From positions 64,001 to 128,000 of the IMG/VR virus record IMGVR_UViG_3300028591_000106: DNA of 64,000 nucleotides; one strand, given 5' to 3'. A model generated the notes under the pieces. That model was not told the DNA's origin. It saw nothing but the letters and a program-made list of their open reading frames with translations, and made no database searches. Below, piece after piece: positions 57,076 through 63,510 of the stretch (position 1 is its first letter; each line of letters starts with the position of its first letter). The stretch is from a virus. Its lineage: Duplodnaviria; Caudoviricetes. A program made the position numbers and the translations under genes.

Positions 57076-57996
57076 ATGACGGAATTTTATATGATGATCG
57101 GAATTGCAGGTTCTGGTAAGTCTTTCATTGCAGAGAAGTATGCTCGTTTGCATAATGCTGTTATTGTATCTTCTGATGCAATTCGTGGTGAACTTTTTGG
57201 TGATGAGAATGACCAGACGCATAATGCCGAAGTTTTCGAGGAGGTTCATCGTCGTATTCTGAACGCTCTTAAGGCAGGACAGAACGCGATTTATGATGCA
57301 ACGAATCTTTCTGCAAAGCGCCGCAAGGCATTTTTAACGCAGATCCCTGCTGATGTGGAGAAGATCGCTGTGGTTATTGCTACGGATCTCGATGTTGCTC
57401 TGCGTCAGAATGCAAGCCGTGATCGTCAGGTCCCGCCTGATGTTATCAAGACGATGCTTCTGCGCCTTCAGATGCCTCGTATCAGCGAGGGTTGGAATGG
57501 TATTGACTACATTTCTAACCCTAACAACAAGAGTGATATTCTTTCTGTCATTAAGCCTTGCGTGGGCTTCGATCAGGATAACCCTCATCACTCTGCTGAG
57601 CTGTTTGACCATATGCAGCAGGCGGCGCAGTATGTCACGATTCATGCTCATGAGTATGGATTCAGTGGTATGGATGAAGCAGAAGTCTATATTGCTGCAC
57701 TTATCCATGACATCGGTAAGCCTATTTGTAAGACATATAAGCTGTGGAGTGGAAAGATCGACGATCATGCACATTACTACGGTCATGCCGATGTTGGTGC
57801 ATATATGGTCGCTTGCTTACTTCGCACTGTTCCTGCAGAGGATTACGGTCGTTGGATGACGATTCTTGAGCTGATTCAGTATCATATGGACTGCTATGCA
57901 AGTGACGACTGGCTTGAAAAAATTGATCGTGAAAAGGGTAAGGTTTTCCGTGATAAGATTGCTTTACTTCACGAGGGGGATAAGAATGGACACTGA
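57076..57996 (+). CDS. polynucleotide kinase (AAA_33) fused to an HD phosphohydrolase
   Basis: GIAGSGKS, SSDAIR, DATN...RR, R.R.VP; QDNPHH...H, LIHDIGK, HYYGH, YHM, HEGD; promoter at 57015-57043; no TAG. Confidence 0.85.
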   Translation: MTEFYMMIGIAGSGKSFIAEKYARLHNAVIVSSDAIRGELFGDENDQTHNAEVFEEVHRRILNALKAGQNAIYDATNLSAKRRKAFLTQIPADVEKIAVVIATDLDVALRQNASRDRQVPPDVIKTMLLRLQMPRISEGWNGIDYISNPNNKSDILSVIKPCVGFDQDNPHHSAELFDHMQQAAQYVTIHAHEYGFSGMDEAEVYIAALIHDIGKPICKTYKLWSGKIDDHAHYYGHADVGAYMVACLLRTVPAEDYGRWMTILELIQYHMDCYASDDWLEKIDREKGKVFRDKIALLHEGDKNGH

Positions 57997-58300
57997 AAAG
58001 AAATATGCGGTTATTACCTATTTTATCGGTAATGATATCGGTAACGGGGTTAAAGTCGAAGTAGTCGAGCATCTTGGCAAACTACTAACTTGTACTATTT
58101 GCGACACTCCAATGGGCGCTATCAAAGAATTTGAGTCACAAGTTAATACGCTTTGTTGGAATAAGTGTCTTACTGACTGTATGAAGTCGTATTATAGAGG
58201 CTCAGACAATGTTTGTAGAGATATATTTCTCTATACCGAAGGTGACGATGGTGTTGTTTCACTGTGCCGTGTAGCTATTGTATTGGCAGGTGAATATTAA
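57986..58300 (+). CDS. hypothetical protein
   Basis: GAGGGG RBS, coupled to neighbours. Confidence 0.55.
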   Translation: MDTEKKYAVITYFIGNDIGNGVKVEVVEHLGKLLTCTICDTPMGAIKEFESQVNTLCWNKCLTDCMKSYYRGSDNVCRDIFLYTEGDDGVVSLCRVAIVLAGEY

Positions 58301-58488
58301 TGGATCTCACCCTTGAAGAGCTTCAGCTCATTCCCAAAGATGTTTCGCCGCATTAGTTTGAAGAAATCGGTGTCTATAAAAATGTAACTGTTCAAGTTTT
58401 AAGATGTCCCCATTGCGGCGAATTAAGTGTGGGGTGGATTAAACAGCCAGACACTGAAGTCATTTACGAAAAGGAGGAAGAACAATGA
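58300..58488 (+). CDS. small zinc-ribbon protein
   Basis: NVTVQVLRCPHCGE.SVGW; one TAG. Confidence 0.55.
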
Positions 58489-58880
58489 CATAGGTATATA
58501 TCCTAGCTGGTGTAGCCGCAGCTCTTTTAGTCGCCGGTATTATTGTTGGCAAAGTCGGATCAAATAGGTGTAAGACTGCACTTATTGCTCTGGGCTTTGT
58601 TTTAGGTTTTGCAGGCGTGATTACAGGATTCTTCGGCTATGAAACTTACATCATGCAACCCGTTGAATATTCAATTACAAATTGCCGCGAGGTCGAGGGC
58701 GGATATAAGCTTACCCTTGAAGGATCAATGAAGGGTTTTACTGGCGGCACAGTTTTTGTTACTGTTGATGAAGCAAAATCACTTAATCTTTTGGAATGTG
58801 ATGAAGAAGGTAATTGGAAATGGGTTGGCGGTAAGATCAACGAATCAAGAAATTGGATTTCAGATCACCGCGACAATTAA
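58485..58880 (+). CDS. membrane protein
   Basis: AGGAGG RBS, TAG at codon 3, 2 TM, joins track ORF 58617. Confidence 0.6.
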
Positions 58881-58884
58881 AAAT

Positions 58885-58913
58885 TTGACTTTTTTAGAAA
58901 ATTATGATATAAT
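58885..58913 (+). promoter_or_regulatory. sigma70-type promoter for the ncRNA-tRNA-DUF2828 transcript
   Basis: TTGACT-17bp-TATAAT with an extended -10 TG. Confidence 0.8.
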
Positions 58914-58949
58914 TATTATATAAGGTTGAGAGAGATCTCACTTATATTT

Positions 58950-59183
58950 ACGGCAGGATAACAGCAATCTATAAAATACAAATTTTATAATAGAGTATTG
59001 CTAAAATTTTTCTAACCTATTGGGCGCCGAAGAGCCACGGTTAGCGTCGCAGACTACGCAAGTTTGCCGTGGGCTACCCACGAGAGGGGTGGCAGCAATG
59101 ATTGCTAAAAGTCATCGGACTAATCGCTACTGCGTGAAAGAGCGATGTAGGGAGACTAAACCTGAAACAAAATTTCCTGTCGT
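58950..59183 (+). ncRNA. putative structured RNA (ACAGCAA element 1 with a large multi-hairpin insert)
   Basis: closing stem ACGGCAGGA/TCCTGTCGT, followed by TAACAGCAA; internal hairpins GCAGACT/AGTTTGC, GCTACCC/GGGTGGC, ATCGCT/AGCGAT. Confidence 0.6.
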
Positions 59184-59190
59184 GTTATTT

Positions 59191-59264
59191 GCCCGCGTAG
59201 CAGAATTGGCATATGCGTCCGACTCAAAATCGGAAGTTTGTGGGTTCAACTCCCACCGTGGGCA
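59191..59264 (+). tRNA. tRNA-Leu(CAA) with a short variable loop
   Basis: acceptor GCCCGCG/CGTGGGC, D-arm with GG, anticodon stem TCCGA/TCGGA with loop CTCAAAA, T-arm GTGGG-TTCAACT-CCCAC, discriminator A; no encoded CCA. Confidence 0.88.
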
Positions 59265-59267
59265 CTC

Positions 59268-59323
59268 AGTCACCAACAGCTAAAACATATTATTAAAACT
59301 TCCAATTTTAAGAATAGGTGACT
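59268..59323 (+). ncRNA. ACAGC hairpin element 2
   Basis: stem AGTCACC/GGTGACT with AACAGCTAA directly 3' of the 5' strand. Confidence 0.6.
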
Positions 59324-59329
59324 AGTCTT

Positions 59330-59382
59330 AGATTCATACAGCAACTCATATTATTTTAATTGGGTAGAATTAAATTGAATCT
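59330..59382 (+). ncRNA. ACAGC hairpin element 3
   Basis: stem AGATTCA/TGAATCT with TACAGCAA directly 3' of the 5' strand. Confidence 0.6.
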
Positions 59383-59400
59383 TGTAAGGAGGAAAAAGGA

Positions 59401-60873
59401 ATGAATTTTACAGATGCTATGAGAGGCGCAGCTAACCACACTCTTACTGAGAATGGTGCGGCTGTCTATAAGACCACCGGCAATGCAGTCCTTGACCTAT
59501 TTGCCAGAATTGGTGGTATGCGTAATGCAGATCCTCGTGAAGTTGAAGCAGCTTGGCTTCGTGCCCGCGACTTCGATAAGGAGCTTGCAGATAATCTGAT
59601 TCTTTATACCCGTAACATTCGTGAGGGCGGTCTCGGTGAGCGTAAGCTCGGTCAGATTATGCTTAAGCTGCTTGCTTTGAAGGATCCTTCTAAGGTTGCA
59701 AGAAACCTCGACACCATTGTCGCGGCTGGTCGTTATGATGACCTGTTTGTACTTCAGGGTACTAAGGTCGAGACCAGTATGATGGAGTACCTGCGTGCGC
59801 AGTTCCGTCAGGACATTGTTGACATGGGGCAGGGCAAGCCTATTTCCCTTCTGGCAAAGTGGCTGCCTTCTTGCAACGCAAGTTCTAAGGAGACTCGTAA
59901 GCTGGCTCGTAAGATGTATGTCTATTTTGGCATCTCTGAGCGCACTTACCGTAAGACTCTTTCTGCTCTGAGAAGCCATCTCGATGTTGTCGAGAAGAAG
60001 ATGTCTGCTCAGGAGTTCGACGAAATTGACTATCAGAAGGTTCCTTCTGTAGCCATGACTCGTTACCGCTCTGCTTTCGGTCGTCATGACTTCGAGCGTT
60101 TTGGTGAATATCTTAATGCGGTAAAGAAGGGTGATGCAAAGATCAATGCATCTGTCACCTACCCTTACGAGCTTATTCGCCCTTACATCCTCGGCAGAAG
60201 GGGCTGGGGTTGCCGTACAGCAGCAGCTCTTGATCCTGTTCTTGAGGCACAGTGGAAGGCTCTTCCTAACTATGTCGAGGGCAACCATAATGTTATCGTC
60301 ATGTGCGATACTTCTGGTTCTATGACCTGCGACAACTGCAAGCCTCTTGCAACTTCTGTTTCTCTTGGCATTTACTTTGCGGAGAGAAATACTGGTGCTT
60401 ATCAGAACCTCGTTATGAGCTTCTCTCAGTCTCCTGTTTTCTATGAACTGAATCCTCATGATTCTGTTCTTAACAGAACAAATGAGATCCTTCGTCACGA
60501 TCAACTGAACACCAACCTCGACGCAGCTCTTGATGCGGTATACCGTCTTGCAGTTAAGAGTGGAGACGCTCCTTCTGCACTCGTCATCATCTCTGATGGT
60601 GAGATTGACAGCTACCGTTACCAGAATGCTGCTGACATCGTTGAGAAGTGGCAGGCGATTTATGCAGGAAGCGGTATGGTCGCTCCTAAGCTTATCATGT
60701 GGAATGTTGAGTCTCGTGGCTCTCGTTACATTGGTAAGAAGGAGAACCCCGGCATTGCATACATCTCTGGTTCTTCTGCTTCTAGCTTCAAGGAGCTGGC
60801 AACGCTGATCTCTATGGATGCAGTTACCGCAATGACTCGTATCCTGACCAAGCCTCAGTTCCAGTGGAAGTAA
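59401..60873 (+). CDS. DUF2828-family Ro60/TROVE-like protein with a C-terminal vWA domain, 490 aa
   Basis: LTENGA...TTG...LDLF, R.IR.GGLGER, GRYDDL, ISLLAKWLPS, YRK.LS.LR, DTSGSM MIDAS, IISDGE.D, MWNV; no TAG. Confidence 0.82.
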   Translation: MNFTDAMRGAANHTLTENGAAVYKTTGNAVLDLFARIGGMRNADPREVEAAWLRARDFDKELADNLILYTRNIREGGLGERKLGQIMLKLLALKDPSKVARNLDTIVAAGRYDDLFVLQGTKVETSMMEYLRAQFRQDIVDMGQGKPISLLAKWLPSCNASSKETRKLARKMYVYFGISERTYRKTLSALRSHLDVVEKKMSAQEFDEIDYQKVPSVAMTRYRSAFGRHDFERFGEYLNAVKKGDAKINASVTYPYELIRPYILGRRGWGCRTAAALDPVLEAQWKALPNYVEGNHNVIVMCDTSGSMTCDNCKPLATSVSLGIYFAERNTGAYQNLVMSFSQSPVFYELNPHDSVLNRTNEILRHDQLNTNLDAALDAVYRLAVKSGDAPSALVIISDGEIDSYRYQNAADIVEKWQAIYAGSGMVAPKLIMWNVESRGSRYIGKKENPGIAYISGSSASSFKELATLISMDAVTAMTRILTKPQFQWK

Positions 60874-60874
60874 T

Positions 60875-60916
60875 CTAATATTATGGGGGCGGTTAATTCC
60901 GCCCCATAATATTAGA
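60875..60916 (+). terminator. long near-perfect palindrome after the DUF2828 gene
   Basis: TCTAATATTATGGGG(G)CGG-TTAATT-CCGCCCCATAATATTAGA; no U tract, so it may be a processing or stabilising stem. Confidence 0.5.
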
Positions 60917-60990
60917 GTATGGCGGCGAAATAAATACATATATTATGCGGGAGAAATCCTAGCTCAATAGATTATAGGAGTGTAAAGAAA

Positions 60991-61380
60991 ATGGCTACTA
61001 TGTATAAGTGTCCTGTATGCGGCAAGCAGTATACTGATCTTACTAAGCTTGCTGATTGTGTCAAGGCTGACGATGCAGCTATGAAAAAGGTTAAGAATGA
61101 TGAAAAGAATAGATATGCCAAGCTACTTGCTGCAGCTCGTGCTGATGTAAGAATGGCAGAAGATAAGCTCAGACAGAGCGTTAATGCTTACAATATGGTT
61201 GCCAATGATGCGGCAAAGAAAACTGGTGAGACCTATACTTCTTTGGAGTTCAAGGGTGTAGCTGCAGTAGCTCCAACAGCTTCAAATAAGTATGCTTTTA
61301 CTAAAGAGGCTGATGAAAAGGCTCTCGACAAGGCAGCAACTGATTTGGCAAATATTATTTTCCAGACACTTGGTATTTAA
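60991..61380 (+). CDS. hypothetical protein with an N-terminal zinc-finger-like motif and coiled coil
   Basis: YKCPVCGKQY....L..C. Confidence 0.65.
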   Translation: MATMYKCPVCGKQYTDLTKLADCVKADDAAMKKVKNDEKNRYAKLLAAARADVRMAEDKLRQSVNAYNMVANDAAKKTGETYTSLEFKGVAAVAPTASNKYAFTKEADEKALDKAATDLANIIFQTLGI

Positions 61381-61563
61381 TGGGGGAGTCAACTTTGGGG
61401 CGCAAGTTTATTCCAAATCTCCCTCAAGGAGATAAATTTTCTAAAGATACCGAGCGTGAAAATGAACGCAAGCGCGCACAAAAGCGTAGGGAAAATAGAA
61501 AGAAAGATCGCCGTAGAGATGACTATTATGACGACGACGATGAAGATTACGAATAACATCATA

Positions 61564-61595
61564 GGGCTAGGTCTATTTTGATCTAGCCCGTTTTT
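61564..61595 (+). terminator. intrinsic terminator
   Basis: GGGCTAGGTC/GATCTAGCCC followed by a T run. Confidence 0.65.
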
Positions 61596-61612
61596 GGTTT
61601 GGGAGGGGTTTA

Positions 61613-61840
61613 ATGATTACTTTTCTTTCAGCTCTTGGAGCATTACTTAGTCTGGGCGGCAATATAGCTATTGCAAAGAAAAAGAAAATTGGTTGGCTTA
61701 TTTGGATTGCAGGTAATATTGCTTGGATCATAGTTAATCTTTTGGGAGAGTTTAATTTGTCTATGGTTTTAATGTATGTAGCTTATCTCGGCATTAACAT
61801 TAAAGGCTTTATTGACTGGAATAAAGAAGGAAAAACTTGA
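61613..61840 (+). CDS. small PnuC-like (half-size, 3-TM) membrane protein
   Basis: AKKK..GWLIWI.GN..W...Y....I.GF..W pattern. Confidence 0.55.
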   Translation: MITFLSALGALLSLGGNIAIAKKKKIGWLIWIAGNIAWIIVNLLGEFNLSMVLMYVAYLGINIKGFIDWNKEGKT

Positions 61841-61896
61841 CTTTTTTCATATTATATGATATAATTATAATATAAAGATAAAAAGGAGAGGTAAGA

Positions 61897-62589
61897 ATGC
61901 ACGAGGTTAAGGACAAGACCATTTATTTCTTTGTTGATCGCAACAAAGGTAAGACATATTGTATCGGTGACTTCGACAAACTTATTGCTTTTCTTGCTGA
62001 GCGCATTCATTTCGAGAATCGTAAAGATTATGTAACTCAGCGTTTTGATAAGTGTGACTTCATTTATGATAATTGGGATTTCTCCGGTGGCGATGTCCAT
62101 TGGGTTACAGACTACAAGCTCGTTTGGGAGCGTTACTTTGATTGGCGTATTGAGAAGTTTGTATCTGGTTGGCATCATAAGAAGGTTGATTATCTTGCCG
62201 CCCGTCCTTATATGATTATTGATGATCGCGGCGGCACTATTGATTTCCGTATCTGGGAGTCACTTATCAATGCAGCTCGTGATAAAATGGTAAGTGGACA
62301 TCTTTGGGGGACAACTGCTGATGCCAAGTATGGCGAGCAGTTTGTTCGTTATCGCTATTCTAAGGAAACTTATCGCTTCCGTTGCGGTCCTGTCCCCGGA
62401 GTTCACAAGTATTCCTGCTATGGTAGCCGTCCTCATAAGGGGCTTCTGAATACTATTCGTAATGCAGATTCTATTCGTCCCAAGGCAAGAATTGATACGG
62501 ATTATTGGGATGATTTTTCACATACAGATAGATGCTGGAAAACTAACAGCAAGTGCCGTTATCAGTGGCAGAAAAATTTGAAAGGGTGA
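61897..62589 (+). CDS. hypothetical protein
   Basis: track ORF after promoter 61837-61865. Confidence 0.7.
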   Translation: MHEVKDKTIYFFVDRNKGKTYCIGDFDKLIAFLAERIHFENRKDYVTQRFDKCDFIYDNWDFSGGDVHWVTDYKLVWERYFDWRIEKFVSGWHHKKVDYLAARPYMIIDDRGGTIDFRIWESLINAARDKMVSGHLWGTTADAKYGEQFVRYRYSKETYRFRCGPVPGVHKYSCYGSRPHKGLLNTIRNADSIRPKARIDTDYWDDFSHTDRCWKTNSKCRYQWQKNLKG

Positions 62590-62593
62590 AATA

Positions 62594-62887
62594 ATGGAAA
62601 AGAGAAGAGGAACTGAAGCATTGGGAATGCAGGGATATGGTATTGATGCCTTGCTTTTTCAGTATCTTTATGGCTATATGGATACAGATACAACTACTAT
62701 TCCCGATGCAGTAAGAACTGGTTGGAATAACGCAATCGAATTTATTAGTTCAAATATTAGTGTAAATGCAGATTTCTCACAGTGGCTTGTAAGTCAGTTT
62801 AATGATAAGGAGACTGGAGAAGCCTATGTTAAGGCTTTTAGCGAATTTATAGGGAAGGATTTGTTCACTAATGAAAAAGAAAATTAA
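62594..62887 (+). CDS. hypothetical protein
   Basis: track ORF. Confidence 0.6.
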   Translation: MEKRRGTEALGMQGYGIDALLFQYLYGYMDTDTTTIPDAVRTGWNNAIEFISSNISVNADFSQWLVSQFNDKETGEAYVKAFSEFIGKDLFTNEKEN

Positions 62888-63281
62888 GATCGTTTCGCAT
62901 GGAACACAGTGGATAGATCCGAATCCTGCTCCGGTAATAATTTGTCCTGAATGTGGCGGCGAAAAATTGATCAATACATATAATCTGGATCGCTGCTATA
63001 AAGATTTTCTTTTAGTTTACCTTGAACGAGAAGGTGACTGTAGGAAATGTAAAGACTGTGGTTGCGTTTTTGAGATAGGTTCAAAGATTACAGTTAAAAA
63101 AGAACCTGCTTGGATTGCATTTGCTATTTTTGTAATTAGTTTAATTATTACGATTATATTGATGACATTTATTACCAATTATGCAACTATGGAAGAAGCG
63201 CCAGCGCTATTGACGCTTGGTGTTCTAGGTTCAATGATTTCAACAATGGTCAGCTTTGTAATTTGGTTGGCGCTATTATAA
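62871..63281 (+). CDS. zinc-ribbon protein with two C-terminal TM helices
   Basis: CPECG...CKDCG followed by hydrophobic helices. Confidence 0.6.
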   Translation: MKKKIKIVSHGTQWIDPNPAPVIICPECGGEKLINTYNLDRCYKDFLLVYLEREGDCRKCKDCGCVFEIGSKITVKKEPAWIAFAIFVISLIITIILMTFITNYATMEEAPALLTLGVLGSMISTMVSFVIWLALL

Positions 63282-63291
63282 GGAGGACGAA

Positions 63292-63510
63292 ATGTCAAAT
63301 ATTCAGGAACTTAAAGATGAACTTGAGATTCTTATGGCGCTTCCAGATTCTCAGGCAAAGCAACTTCAAACCTTGGCATTGATTGGCAAGATTCTTGTTC
63401 ACATGGAAGCACTTGAGAGGTTATATTTTAGGCAAGATATGAAAGTTACAGCTATTGAGAATAAATTAGATGAGGGCGGGAAGGTAGAAGTTAATGTTAG
63501 ATATCGCTAA
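63292..63510 (+). CDS. hypothetical protein
   Basis: AGGAGG RBS. Confidence 0.6.
   Translation: MSNIQELKDELEILMALPDSQAKQLQTLALIGKILVHMEALERLYFRQDMKVTAIENKLDEGGKVEVNVRYR

Noticed and set aside
59191-59264. Amber suppressor tRNA
   Set aside because: The anticodon loop is CTCAAAA, giving CAA (Leu), not CTA. No tRNA-CTA was seen in the window.
59020-59283. Track ORF of 87 aa
   Set aside because: It overlaps the tRNA and structured RNA, has a TTG start with no RBS, and has atypical composition.
58959-59330. Group I intron or known ribozyme/riboswitch (GACTA, CGCCGAAG words)
   Set aside because: No convincing P7/P3 arrangement, hammerhead core or complete glycine/lysine riboswitch consensus could be built by eye. 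Left as unclassified RNA.
59497-60939. Long antisense ORFs (also 1621-2475, 11351-12340, 49411-50274, 51043-52116, 54048-54770)
   Set aside because: They are shadows of well-supported genes on the opposite strand, with no RBS or recognisable motifs.
60914-60965. tRNA-like or additional ncRNA after the DUF2828 palindrome
   Set aside because: No complete cloverleaf or ACAGC motif could be formed.
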